Positions 29,919 to 39,972 of a DNA stretch of 64,000 nt are shown in pieces. The DNA lies in assembly GCA_018646625.1 (NCBI GenBank), contig JABGUJ010000002.1, positions 350,843 to 414,842 on the forward strand. Reading direction: 5' to 3'. How positions within the stretch are numbered: the first letter of the stretch is position 1; each line of letters opens with the position of its first letter. The notes beneath the pieces were generated by a model. It was not told the origin of the DNA. It did no database searches and saw nothing but the letters and a program-made list of their open reading frames with translations. The stretch is from Candidatus Woesearchaeota archaeon (GTDB lineage: Archaea > Nanobdellota > Nanobdellia > Woesearchaeales > JABGUJ01). Position numbers and translations under genes: made by a program.

Positions 29919-31106
29919 ATGTTTATTATGGGGTGTTGCAGAATGAACTATCAAGAAGAATCACTAAGAGTACATGAAGAGAAAAAAGGTAAGATTGCTG
30001 TTAGATCTAAAGTTAAAGTTGAAACAAAAGATGATTTGTCATTAGCTTATACTCCAGGTGTGGCTGAGCCATGCAGGTATATAGCCAAAAATAAAGAAGA
30101 TGTTTACAAATATACTTTCAAAGGAAACAGTGTTGCAGTAATTTCTGATGGTAGCGCAGTTCTTGGATTAGGTAACATAGGCGCGGAAGCTTCTTTACCA
30201 GTAATGGAAGGTAAGGCTATTTTGTTTAAAGAGTTTGCAGATATTGATGCGTTCCCTATTTGTTTAGCATCCCAAGATGTTGAGAAAAATATTGAAACGA
30301 TTAAGAATATTGTTCCAGTTTTTGGAGGAATAAATTTAGAAGATTTCAAAGCACCTCAATGTTTTGAGATTGAAGCAGCATTGCAAGATTTGGGTATTCC
30401 AGTAATGCATGATGACCAACATGGAACTGCAGTTGTTGTTATGGCTGCAATGATTAATGCATTAAAAGTTGTAGGCAAGAATAAAGAAGATGTTAAGGTC
30501 ATAGTTAATGGTGCGGGAGCTGCAGGTATTGCAGTAACTAAATTGTTAGTTAGTTATGGCATTAGTTCTAAAAATGTAATATTATGTGATTCAAAAGGTA
30601 CAATTTATTCTGGTCGAGAGGATCTTGAAAATAATAAATACAAAAAAGAGTTGGCAGAGATAACGAATTCATGTAAGGTTCAAGGTAATTTGAGTGACGC
30701 AATAAAAGGTGCAGACGTTTTCTTAGGTGTATCAAAAAAAGGTTTGTTGAAAAAGGAAATGGTAGAGAGCATGAATAAAGATGCAATCGTCCTTGCAATG
30801 GCAAATCCAGATCCAGAGATAATGCCTGATGAAGCTAAAGAAGCGGGTGCTAGAGTTATCGCCACAGGTAGGAGTGATTTTCCTAACCAAGTGAATAACG
30901 TTCTAGGTTTTCCGGGGATTTTCAGAGGGGCATTAGATGTTAGAGCAACAAGGATTACTGAGAAGATGAAGGTTGCGGCAGCAGAAGCACTTGCGTCAAT
31001 TGTCGAATCACCTTCAGAAGAAAATATCATACCCTATGCATTGGATAAAAGTGTTGTTCCCAAGGTTGCAGAGGCAGTAAAGCAAGCTTGGCTCTCCGAA
31101 AATTAG
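29919..31106 (+). CDS. NAD(P)-dependent malic enzyme (start probably MNYQE)
   Basis: AYTPGVA, VMEGKA, INLED, HDDQHGTA, GAGAAG, ATGRSDFPNQVNN. Confidence 0.93.
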   Translation: MFIMGCCRMNYQEESLRVHEEKKGKIAVRSKVKVETKDDLSLAYTPGVAEPCRYIAKNKEDVYKYTFKGNSVAVISDGSAVLGLGNIGAEASLPVMEGKAILFKEFADIDAFPICLASQDVEKNIETIKNIVPVFGGINLEDFKAPQCFEIEAALQDLGIPVMHDDQHGTAVVVMAAMINALKVVGKNKEDVKVIVNGAGAAGIAVTKLLVSYGISSKNVILCDSKGTIYSGREDLENNKYKKELAEITNSCKVQGNLSDAIKGADVFLGVSKKGLLKKEMVESMNKDAIVLAMANPDPEIMPDEAKEAGARVIATGRSDFPNQVNNVLGFPGIFRGALDVRATRITEKMKVAAAEALASIVESPSEENIIPYALDKSVVPKVAEAVKQAWLSEN

Positions 31107-31151
31107 GAGTAAGATATATAAAGAGCAAATCTTGATTATAGTAGAGGGGGA

Positions 31152-31613
31152 TTGATAATGAAATGTCCTTATTGTGGCGCTACCGAAACTAAAGTTGTTG
31201 ATAAACGAGAGACTGAAAACATAGAGGCAACGAGAAGAAGAAGGGAGTGCCTTAAGTGTGAAAAGCGTTTTACGACTTATGAAAGAATAGAAAATATTGA
31301 ACTTCTGGTTATTAAAAAAAATGGCGTTAGAGAGCAATTTGACAGACAGAAATTGTTGAAGGGCATCTTACGTTGTTGTATTAAAAGAGATATTAGCCAA
31401 GACAAAATTGAGAAAGTTGTGGATTACGTTGAGAATGAATTGCGTAACAAGGAAACAACAGAGATTAAGTCAAGGGAGATTGGCGATTTTGTTATGAAAA
31501 AGCTAAGAAGAATTGATCAAGTAGCTTACATTCGTTTTGCATCTGTGTACCGAGATTTTGCAGATCTTGAAGAGTTTGAAAAAGAACTTAAAAAATTGTT
31601 AAAGAAGAAATAG
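31152..31613 (+). CDS. nrdR: Transcriptional repressor NrdR
   Basis: CPYC, RRRREC..C..RFTTYE, ATP cone, AYIRFASVY. Confidence 0.93.
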   Translation: MIMKCPYCGATETKVVDKRETENIEATRRRRECLKCEKRFTTYERIENIELLVIKKNGVREQFDRQKLLKGILRCCIKRDISQDKIEKVVDYVENELRNKETTEIKSREIGDFVMKKLRRIDQVAYIRFASVYRDFADLEEFEKELKKLLKKK

Positions 31614-32717
31614 GTGAATGAAGTGGTAGATTATGATGAAGTTGGACCTGAAAAAATAATACAAGTGTATGATCCTAAGACAAAATTGCGAGGAGTGGTT
31701 GTTATTGACAATACTGCACTAGGCCCGGGTAAAGGCGGGTGTAGAATGACTCCGACAGTTAATGAAGAGGAAGTTAAAGGTTTGGCAAGAGCTATGACAT
31801 GGAAGAATGCAATGGCAGACCTTCCATTTGGCGGAGCTAAATCAGGAATATTTGCAAATTCTAAAGAGATTACAAAAGAAGAGAAAAAATCAATTGTCGA
31901 AGCATTCGGAAGAGCACTTAGAGGAATAGCTCCTGCAATTTACATTTCTGCTCCTGACATGTATATGGGAGAAGAAGAAATGAGACAGATGGCAGAAGCT
32001 CATGGCGACCATAAATGTTGTACTGGAAAGCCGTTAGATATGAACGGGCTACCTCACGAGTTAGGAAGTACTGGCTTTGGCGTGGCACAGTCTGCGTTTG
32101 TTGCGATAGAACATCTAGGATTAAACTGCGACCAAATCACATTTACTGTAGATGGTTTTGGAAATGTTGGTACGTTTGCTGCAAAATTTTTAACAGAACG
32201 AGGTGCAAAGTTTATTGCGGCTTCAGATTCTAAAGGAGTTATTTACAATCCAAATGGATTAGATTATGATAAATTAATGTGTGTTAAAGGAGAAATGGGT
32301 TCTGTTGTTAAATATGACGACGGAGAAGTTTTACCAGGCGAAAAGATTGCTGAAATTAAAACAGATTTGTTTATCCCAGCAGCTAAACCTGATATTATTC
32401 ATGAAGCCAACAAAGATAAAGTTGATGCAAAAATCATTTGTTGTGGTGCTAACATACCCATGAGTGCAAGAATTGAAGAAGAAATGCACGAAAAAGGTGT
32501 TTTGGTTGTTCCAGACTTTGTTGCAAATGCTGGCGGAGTTATTTCTTCGTATATCGAAAGTATAGATGGAAAAGAAGAAGAAGTTTTTCCTATGATTGAA
32601 GATAAAGTTGTGAAGAATACTAAACTTATGCTTGAAAGAGCAAAAGAGAAAGGTATTAGTGCAAGACAAGCGGCAATTGAGATTGCTAAGGAAAGAATTT
32701 CAGGTTCAAAAAATTAA
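31614..32717 (+). CDS. Glu/Leu/Phe/Val dehydrogenase (GDH-like)
   Basis: GPGKGG, MTWK, GGAKSG, GFGNVG, PDFVANAGGV. Confidence 0.9.
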   Translation: MNEVVDYDEVGPEKIIQVYDPKTKLRGVVVIDNTALGPGKGGCRMTPTVNEEEVKGLARAMTWKNAMADLPFGGAKSGIFANSKEITKEEKKSIVEAFGRALRGIAPAIYISAPDMYMGEEEMRQMAEAHGDHKCCTGKPLDMNGLPHELGSTGFGVAQSAFVAIEHLGLNCDQITFTVDGFGNVGTFAAKFLTERGAKFIAASDSKGVIYNPNGLDYDKLMCVKGEMGSVVKYDDGEVLPGEKIAEIKTDLFIPAAKPDIIHEANKDKVDAKIICCGANIPMSARIEEEMHEKGVLVVPDFVANAGGVISSYIESIDGKEEEVFPMIEDKVVKNTKLMLERAKEKGISARQAAIEIAKERISGSKN

Positions 32718-33422
32718 TCCGTGAAATTCGTCTTGTGGTTTTTCTTCAGGTGTTAAGTAGTTTTCTAGTCTTCTAGCCAATCGTCCTATCGAGAAGAATA
32801 GTACAATTAGACCCAGAGTTATTGCAAACAAACCAAAGCTGAAGTGTACTCCACCTATGAATAATTTAGAAAGATGCTCTTCGAAGGTGTTCATTATGAA
32901 TGTGTTAAAGAGATATGCTTCAAGTGCACCTATCGCGCAAAGACTAAGTTCTAATCCCAAGTAATCGGGTTCTAAGAATACTGTTAGTAATATGTAAAGA
33001 GCATACCTTACGATAGTAAAAAGATATATTGTGTTTATGGCAGAGCCGCCAGTTACGAAATAGAAAAGAGGTGTTAAAAAACCACACACCATTATACTTA
33101 TTCCATCTTTTACTGTGTATAACCACCACTCTTGTGGACCAAAGATTCTAGAGAATAACATAAGTAGTATTCCAAATATTCCTCCGAAAATTCCACCAAC
33201 ATGGATTGCCAACATCACTACAAAAAAATCAACAACTTCGAAGTCTTTTGTGAACGTTGAAAGTAAACAAGGAACTCTACTCCATAAGCATACAATTGCA
33301 AAGAGCATTATCACAGACCAGAATCCACTAAAAGGCAAAAGAACGATTACAATGATGAACATGACAACTGTTGTAATCTTTAACGGTTCCCATAAAACAA
33401 ACTCATTTATCAAGTCCGACAT
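32706..33422 (-). CDS. Hypothetical multi-pass membrane protein
   Basis: About 6 TM helices. Confidence 0.6.
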   Translation of the reverse strand: MSDLINEFVLWEPLKITTVVMFIIVIVLLPFSGFWSVIMLFAIVCLWSRVPCLLSTFTKDFEVVDFFVVMLAIHVGGIFGGIFGILLMLFSRIFGPQEWWLYTVKDGISIMVCGFLTPLFYFVTGGSAINTIYLFTIVRYALYILLTVFLEPDYLGLELSLCAIGALEAYLFNTFIMNTFEEHLSKLFIGGVHFSFGLFAITLGLIVLFFSIGRLARRLENYLTPEEKPQDEFHGLIF

Positions 33423-33448
33423 TTTACACCCCTTTTAGTTGTAAGTTG

Positions 33449-33658
33449 TTACCACCCAATCTTTCCATGCTCAAACAACCAACGTTCTCTCGCAGGACCT
33501 GTTTCTCCCATCATGAGTCCAGTTCTTTGATCGATCACTTGTTGTTTCGCATGTTGATATCTTGAGTCAGTATAATGAAGATTAAGCAAACGCCAATTGG
33601 GATCAAGTTCCCTTAATTCTTGTTCAGTCAGAGTTATCGCCATTTTTACCACTTTCAT
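33449..33658 (-). CDS. Small hypothetical protein
   Basis: ORF in intergenic gap with upstream TATA. Confidence 0.35.
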   Translation of the reverse strand: MKVVKMAITLTEQELRELDPNWRLLNLHYTDSRYQHAKQQVIDQRTGLMMGETGPARERWLFEHGKIGW

Positions 33659-33753
33659 GGGATGAAAGAAGTATCTTAGATATATAAAATATTTTTATGT
33701 ATTTTCGACAAAATAACGGAAGATTTATATCAAAATTCGACTAATAGTGCAAT

Positions 33754-34767
33754 ATGTCAGAAATTAAGCTAGACAAGAAGGATTGGAAGATATTGGAGTT
33801 ACTCTGTACAGATGCCAGGCTAAGCCACAATCAAATAGCAAAAAGAGTTGGGTTGAGTAAAAACGGAGTTACGTACAGGGTTGAGAGATTAAAGAAAAAT
33901 AATATCATCGTTGGTTTTTTTACAATACTAGATCACGGACCATTAGGACATAGCTTCTATAATTTATTCTTTAGAACAAGAGCATCAGAGGAAGAAGAAA
34001 ATAAATTTGCAAAGTTTTTATGCAGCCTACCAAATACTCTTACAGTAGATAGGTTATCAGGTGAATGGAACTTTGTAACAGAGATGGGATGTAGCAATAT
34101 ATACGAATACTTCAAGTTGTTTGGGAAAATAATGAAAGAGTTCTCAAACATAATTGAAACGTATGAAGTTCATCCGGTTTATGACGCATACAAAGTTGAG
34201 CAATTACCATTGGGCAACCAGATAGAAAAAGAATATGCATCGTTTATTATTCCTGACACAATAATACCAAAAAATCTAGATAAAGCAGACAGACAACTAT
34301 TATACGAGTTAGATCATGATTCAACTACTTCATTAAGAGTGTTATCAGAAAAGATAGGATTAACATCGGAAACGGTCGCAGAGAGGATAAAGAGATTAAA
34401 GAAAAATGGAATAATCAATAAATTCACAGCAAAAATGAATCTTGAGCCGTTAGGTTATACATATTACTGTATAAGACTAGATCTTAGAGATATAGGTGGT
34501 GAAAAGGAAAGAGCCTTGCGAAATTATATCATCAATCATCCAAGAATACTGTATTCTTTCATGAGTGCAGCACAGCCTTCAGTGTTCATATACGCGACGT
34601 TCAAAAGGCCAGAGTCGTTGGAGAATTTCCAGAGAGAAACTAAAGAGAGATTCTCCGATAACATGGTTAATTTTAGATATTCCATATTAACGGCTAACTA
34701 CAAATATAACATATTCCCCAAGTCATTCTTAATGTCATTGGAGGAAAAAGACAATAATTTTAAATAG
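33754..34767 (+). CDS. Tandem (double) Lrp/AsnC regulator
   Basis: Two LDxxD..IL..L HTH + RAM-type modules. Confidence 0.85.
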   Translation: MSEIKLDKKDWKILELLCTDARLSHNQIAKRVGLSKNGVTYRVERLKKNNIIVGFFTILDHGPLGHSFYNLFFRTRASEEEENKFAKFLCSLPNTLTVDRLSGEWNFVTEMGCSNIYEYFKLFGKIMKEFSNIIETYEVHPVYDAYKVEQLPLGNQIEKEYASFIIPDTIIPKNLDKADRQLLYELDHDSTTSLRVLSEKIGLTSETVAERIKRLKKNGIINKFTAKMNLEPLGYTYYCIRLDLRDIGGEKERALRNYIINHPRILYSFMSAAQPSVFIYATFKRPESLENFQRETKERFSDNMVNFRYSILTANYKYNIFPKSFLMSLEEKDNNFK

Positions 34768-34803
34768 TACAATGCCCTAATTTATTGCATTAGCGTGGTC
34801 AAA

Positions 34804-34917
34804 ATGGCTAAATGGATGTGTACAACTTGCAGCTATATGCATGATGGAGACGGTCTTCCGGATGAGTGTCCAATGTGCGGGGCTGTGATTGAGGATTTTG
34901 AACAGATTGAAGACTAG
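34804..34917 (+). CDS. Rubredoxin-like mini-protein (37 aa)
   Basis: Hand translation MAKWMCTTCSYMHDGDGLPDECPMCGAVIEDFEQIED. Confidence 0.8.
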   Translation: MAKWMCTTCSYMHDGDGLPDECPMCGAVIEDFEQIED

Positions 34918-34980
34918 AGACGACGTCAATCACGTTTTTGCTAATATAGAATCGACAATGACTTAAAGAGGTGAGCGTCT

Positions 34981-36426
34981 GTGAAAGTTAGTGCTGCACA
35001 GAAAGATTATAGTAAACTGAGTTCTCAACTTTTAATATTGGGAGTTTTTGAAAAAGAGAAGTTACCTTCTCATCTATCTAAAAATGTGTTAGATGCTGCT
35101 AAAATAGAGAAGTTTAGTGGTAAAGATGGAGAAGCATGTTACGTTAGACTAAATGGAAAACTGAAAAGAGTAGTGTTGTTAGGTTTGGGTAAAAAAGAAA
35201 AATTTGATCTAGCAAAAGTACGCGAATTTTCAGGTAAGAGTTATTTAGTTGCTTCATCTAAGAAAGTAGAAGAATTCTGTTTAGATTTATTTGAGATAGA
35301 AGAAGATGTTTTGTTGAGGGCGCAAGCTGCAACTGAAGGAATTGTTTTGGCATCATATAAATTTGATAAGTATAAGAAAAAAGAAGATAAACAACCAGAA
35401 GTTAAGAACGTTAGCATATTGGTTTCCGATGTTAAATTAGGTAAAAAAGGAGTAATGATTGGTTCTGTGTTGGGAGAAGCAGTAATGTTTGCAAGAGATA
35501 TCGCAAATGATCCTGCAAACAAACTAACACCAACAGCAATGGGTAATATTGCAAAGAAAATTTCTAAAGAATCAGGAATGAAGTGTAAAGTTCTTGATAA
35601 GAAACAGATCGTTAAACAAAAAATGAATGGTTTGTTGGCAGTATCTCAAGGTAGCATAGAAGAACCAAGATTTATTGAAATGGAATATGGATCAGGCAAA
35701 GATACCGTTGTTTTAGTAGGTAAAGGTCTTACATTTGATGCAGGAGGAATTTCACTCAAGCCAGGAGTAAGAATGGATGAGATGAAGTTTGATATGTGCG
35801 GAGCAGCAGTTGTTCTAGGTGTGATGAAAGCAGTAGCTAAATTAAAGCCAAAATTACATGTTGTTGGTTTGATAGGTGCGGCAGAGAATATGCCTAGCGG
35901 TTCTGCAGTAAAACCCGGAGATCTTATTGAATACAACAATGGTAAGAGTGTAGAAGTTATGCATACAGATGCGGAAGGTAGATTAGTTCTTGCAGATGTA
36001 TTGATACATGCTAAAAAGTTTAAGCCTAAGGCAATGATTGATTTTGCCACTTTAACTGGCGCGTGCGTTGTCGCATTAGGTCATGCGAGTGCTGGGTTGA
36101 TGAGTAACTCCGATACACTGTGTTTGAAAATGGAATTGGCTAGCAGAAAGAGCTCCGAGAAAATATGGAGATTACCAATGTATGAAGAATATTCTGACTT
36201 GTTGAAAAGCGATGTTGCAGATCTTAGAAACTTAGGCGGCTGGAGCGGAGAAGCTGGTACTAGCACCGCGGGTTGTTTTTTGAAAGAGTTTGTTGAATGC
36301 GAGAACTGGGCACATTTGGATATTGCAGGTGTTGCTTGGGGAATGAAAGAAAACAGCTATACAAAAAAGGGCGCGACAGGTTTTGGAATTCGACTAGTTA
36401 GTCAATTATTGCTAGATTGGAAATAA
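34981..36426 (+). CDS. pepA: Leucyl aminopeptidase (M17)
   Basis: VGKGLTFDAGG, MKFDMCG, TDAEGRL, ATLTGA, HLDIAG. Confidence 0.93.
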   Translation: MKVSAAQKDYSKLSSQLLILGVFEKEKLPSHLSKNVLDAAKIEKFSGKDGEACYVRLNGKLKRVVLLGLGKKEKFDLAKVREFSGKSYLVASSKKVEEFCLDLFEIEEDVLLRAQAATEGIVLASYKFDKYKKKEDKQPEVKNVSILVSDVKLGKKGVMIGSVLGEAVMFARDIANDPANKLTPTAMGNIAKKISKESGMKCKVLDKKQIVKQKMNGLLAVSQGSIEEPRFIEMEYGSGKDTVVLVGKGLTFDAGGISLKPGVRMDEMKFDMCGAAVVLGVMKAVAKLKPKLHVVGLIGAAENMPSGSAVKPGDLIEYNNGKSVEVMHTDAEGRLVLADVLIHAKKFKPKAMIDFATLTGACVVALGHASAGLMSNSDTLCLKMELASRKSSEKIWRLPMYEEYSDLLKSDVADLRNLGGWSGEAGTSTAGCFLKEFVECENWAHLDIAGVAWGMKENSYTKKGATGFGIRLVSQLLLDWK

Positions 36427-36433
36427 TTCTAGA

Positions 36434-37264
36434 ATGAAAAAGTTACATTTTGGTACCGCAGGTACACCACATAGTTGTAGAGAGCGAACTACTATTGAAG
36501 GTATTAGGCGGGTTAAAGAATTAGGTTTGGGTTGTCTCGAAGTAGAATTTGTTAGAGGAGTTCGGATGAAAGAAGAAACGGCTGCGGCCGTTAATGAAGT
36601 TCGCGCATCAACAGGAATAGAGTTAAGTGCTCATGGACCTTACTATATTAACTTGAATGCTAAAGAAAAAGAAAAAATTGATGCAAGTATTGAAAGAATT
36701 CTACAAACTGCACGTATTGCAAAGATTTGTGGTGCGAGTACGATCACATTTCATGCAGGATTTTATTTAGGAATGGAAGCAGACAAAACTTATTCTGTTA
36801 TTAAGTCAAATATGAAAAAGATTGTTGATACTTTGCGTGCAGAAGGTAATGATTTGTGGATCAGGCCAGAAACAACAGGTAAAGGAACACAATGGGGTTC
36901 ATATGAGGAGATAGTTAAGTTAAGTTCCGAGTTAGATAATGTAATGCCGTGCGTTGATTTCGCTCATGTGCACGCCAGAACGAATGTTTACAACACTTAT
37001 GATGAGTTTCGAAAAATATTAACACATATTGAAGATAATCTAGGTAAAAAAGCATTGCAGAACATGCACATTCATGTTGCAGGGATAGAATATAGTGAAA
37101 AAGGAGAGAGGCATCATCTTAATCTTAATGATTCAGATTTAAAGTACAAAGAGATGCTTAAGGCATGGAAAGATTTTGATATTAAAGGAATAGTGATTTG
37201 CGAAAGTCCAAATATTGAGGATGACGCAATGATGTTGCAAAAAGAATATAAAAAAATAAATTAG
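36434..37264 (+). CDS. nfo: Endonuclease IV-like TIM barrel
   Basis: SAHGPYYINL, FHAG, PETTGK, DFAH, ICESP. Confidence 0.85.
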   Translation: MKKLHFGTAGTPHSCRERTTIEGIRRVKELGLGCLEVEFVRGVRMKEETAAAVNEVRASTGIELSAHGPYYINLNAKEKEKIDASIERILQTARIAKICGASTITFHAGFYLGMEADKTYSVIKSNMKKIVDTLRAEGNDLWIRPETTGKGTQWGSYEEIVKLSSELDNVMPCVDFAHVHARTNVYNTYDEFRKILTHIEDNLGKKALQNMHIHVAGIEYSEKGERHHLNLNDSDLKYKEMLKAWKDFDIKGIVICESPNIEDDAMMLQKEYKKIN

Positions 37265-37704
37265 TATGCAAATGCAGGAACAGCGGGTAATGGAATAGGT
37301 TGTTCAGGTTCTTTGAGTTGTTCTGCCAAATCTCTCACGTATGTTTTTTTAACCATCGCTATACCGTTAAGTCTACAAAAGTCTTCAACATCAGGTTTTG
37401 CAGTTGATCCGCTGTAGAGAACTATCGAATCTCTTTGCTCTTCAGGAGTTAATGTATCCATAAGAAATGCATAGTTAACTAAGAACATAGGTTCAGCACT
37501 CCTTGTACCGTCTTCAGGCACGTAGTCATCTAAGAAATATACTTTTGCTCTCGTTCCAGATTCAATTGCTGATCTGAACGAACTACTATCTTCCACTAAC
37601 TCGTAATTGCGACCTCGCAAGTAATGAGTCATTAAAAAAATGTCATCTCCGTTGTCTTCTAAAACTAATACATCTAAAGTCATCGTGTTTCTACGTTTTT
37701 GCAA
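37261..37704 (-). CDS. Stand-alone receiver-like domain protein
   Basis: VLVLEDN, YFLDDYVP, LYSG pattern. Confidence 0.55.
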   Translation of the reverse strand: MQKRRNTMTLDVLVLEDNGDDIFLMTHYLRGRNYELVEDSSSFRSAIESGTRAKVYFLDDYVPEDGTRSAEPMFLVNYAFLMDTLTPEEQRDSIVLYSGSTAKPDVEDFCRLNGIAMVKKTYVRDLAEQLKEPEQPIPLPAVPAFAY

Positions 37705-37745
37705 GTTGTATTTAAGAGTAACTGTTTGCAGTGTTAAGAGAAAAG

Positions 37746-38519
37746 TTAACTCCTATACTCCTCCGGTTTTACTTCGCAAAATAAAAGTTTGTGATCAGAA
37801 TATCCTGTACTAGTTTTGTAGGTCGCACGCGTATTTGCATCTCGCTTCACAAGAATGTGGTCAATCGCCCTCGTCATACCAGGAAGAAATGCACTTCTGT
37901 TATTCGGATAAGTATCTAATGCTTCACCTTCAATTCCAAACTCAGCAGGATCAATTAGATCATAAATTTGTTCAAGAGTACAATTGAAATCTCCCATCAC
38001 AACAAGTTCTCGATCTAGTTCTTTTTGTTCTCGTAAAAATTTTCTTAAATCAAACAATTGAGTAGTAATCATTTGTCGATCCAAAGCAAGATGCACACCC
38101 ACAACAGTAGTTTTAGCTTCATGCAGGTAAGCTGCACAAGCTCCACCACCACCACCCATTTGCGGCCACATGGAAATTTCAGGATCAATTGCTTGAATCA
38201 TATACTTAGATGCTAAGACAATCCCAATATCTAAAGGAGATGCATGATGTCTTGAGGCTTTCCAAGCAATACCTCTGTAACCATCTGCACGTAATCGTTC
38301 AGTAATGTGTTCAAGTTGTGGTGTGATTAAAGTTTCCGTTAAACAAAGAACATCAGGATCTTGACCAAGTGCTAAAGCGACTGCATGATCTAAACTACCC
38401 ATTAGCTTTTCTGCAAATTTAGGAGATTTCATTCCATGAACTGCAAGATGTGCTAGAGCTTGACCTGTAACAGTACTACCATCCATCCCAAACATCACGT
38501 TATAAGTTAAGTACTTCAT
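37746..38519 (-). CDS. Endonuclease/exonuclease/phosphatase family protein
   Basis: TYNV, LCLTE, GDFN, IDHI, SDH. Confidence 0.85.
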   Translation of the reverse strand: MKYLTYNVMFGMDGSTVTGQALAHLAVHGMKSPKFAEKLMGSLDHAVALALGQDPDVLCLTETLITPQLEHITERLRADGYRGIAWKASRHHASPLDIGIVLASKYMIQAIDPEISMWPQMGGGGGACAAYLHEAKTTVVGVHLALDRQMITTQLFDLRKFLREQKELDRELVVMGDFNCTLEQIYDLIDPAEFGIEGEALDTYPNNRSAFLPGMTRAIDHILVKRDANTRATYKTSTGYSDHKLLFCEVKPEEYRS

Positions 38520-38612
38520 AGTAGTAGCATTTTAAGAGGTCCCATATAAAATAGTAGGTTTTTTATTTTCCATATGGAAATATTTATATAGGGGGCTTGT
38601 ATTGCTATAATC

Positions 38613-38939
38613 ATGCCAAGAGGAAGACCTGTAAGGAGTCAAATAAGACAGAATGTAGTAGAAATCTTGTTCTTTATGAAATCAGGTTATGCATACGAAA
38701 TATACAAAGTATACAGAGAAGTTTTTCCTAAGGCAACTATGAGAGTTATTTATTATCACCTGAAAAAAGGATCTTCAACTGGAGAGTTTGCAGTTGATAG
38801 AGTTGTAAGAGAGAAAGGTGATTTTAGTTGGGGACCTGAAGCTGAAAAAATATATTACAGATTAGGTGAAGAAGCAAAGCCAAAAGTCGATGAAAGAGTA
38901 AGAGAATATTTTGATAAAAAAGAGGTGAAAAATGGATAA
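38613..38939 (+). CDS. Winged-helix protein
   Basis: MPRGRP..; YEIYK..; IYYHLKKG. Confidence 0.65.
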   Translation: MPRGRPVRSQIRQNVVEILFFMKSGYAYEIYKVYREVFPKATMRVIYYHLKKGSSTGEFAVDRVVREKGDFSWGPEAEKIYYRLGEEAKPKVDERVREYFDKKEVKNG

Positions 38940-39270
38940 ACACCTTGTTGGTTATATCGAAGAAGCATTAAAGAAAAACTTTTCAGAAGAACATATTAGA
39001 AATCATCTTAAGAAAGCAGGCTTTCACGCAGATGATATAGACATGACTTTATTGCAAGTGTACAAAGGATTGGGCGCAGTGCCAGTACATCCTAGAGTGT
39101 TGCATACAGTAAGAGCGTTATTAGGTCACAACATACCAGACAAAGAAATTATAAAAAGAATTTGTTCTAGAGGAATAGATCAACATTTTGTTGAGTATGC
39201 AATAAAAGAATCTAAAGTCCAGAACAATATTATTGCGCACAAGCATAAAAGACTACACTTGCCAAAATGA
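38932..39270 (+). CDS. Hypothetical protein
   Basis: Overlaps the previous gene; IRNHLKKAGF helical repeat. Confidence 0.55.
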   Translation: MDKHLVGYIEEALKKNFSEEHIRNHLKKAGFHADDIDMTLLQVYKGLGAVPVHPRVLHTVRALLGHNIPDKEIIKRICSRGIDQHFVEYAIKESKVQNNIIAHKHKRLHLPK

Positions 39271-39972
39271 TTATTTTATTTTTCTGAAGAATCCCATTAG
39301 AGAGAATGCTTCTCGTTTGGTAAGAAAACTCTTCCCAATTATTCGTTTCCAAATTTTTTTCTGTGTTTCTTGTTTATCTTTAGTTCTAAATGGCAGATTT
39401 TTTATTGCTTGATTAATAATCTTCAGTAGTCGCGTCTTTTCTTCTGAGCCAATTGGTTGAAACTCATCCTCAAGGCGTTTTGAGTGAGATTGTTTAGATA
39501 ATTCGTAAAGCAGAGTACTAGTTGCGTGGCTAATGTTCATAATAGGATATTTTTTGTCAGTGGGTACGTGTACAATGAAATCACAAAGTTCTAGCTCTTT
39601 GTTTAGCAATCCAGAGGATTCCCTTCCAATAATAAGTGCGACTTTCTTTCCTTTAACTTGACTTAATCGTTTTGCTAAACTTTCAATCTGTATAGGCGTT
39701 CTCGTTATGTTGTAGTCAGAACCTAGTTTTCCTGTTGTACCAATAACATAATCAAACTTTTTTAGTTTGTTAAACGTAGTCTTCTTTGCTTTAGTTAGGA
39801 TTTCTTGAGAATGTTTTGCTCGATTTCTTGCGGTTTGAGATAAGTGATTAACTTTAGGATCTAGTAGTAGAAGATTCTTGAAACCAAAGTTTGCCATAGC
39901 TCTAGAAATTGCACCGATGTTGCCAGAGTTTCTTGGTTCAACAAGCACCACGTGAAGTGAGTCAGGATTCAT
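39271..39972 (-). CDS. trmJ: TrmJ-like SPOUT RNA methyltransferase
   Basis: VLVEP..SGNIGAISRAMANFG, GRESSGL..EL, YPIMNISHA. Confidence 0.85.
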   Translation of the reverse strand: MNPDSLHVVLVEPRNSGNIGAISRAMANFGFKNLLLLDPKVNHLSQTARNRAKHSQEILTKAKKTTFNKLKKFDYVIGTTGKLGSDYNITRTPIQIESLAKRLSQVKGKKVALIIGRESSGLLNKELELCDFIVHVPTDKKYPIMNISHATSTLLYELSKQSHSKRLEDEFQPIGSEEKTRLLKIINQAIKNLPFRTKDKQETQKKIWKRIIGKSFLTKREAFSLMGFFRKIK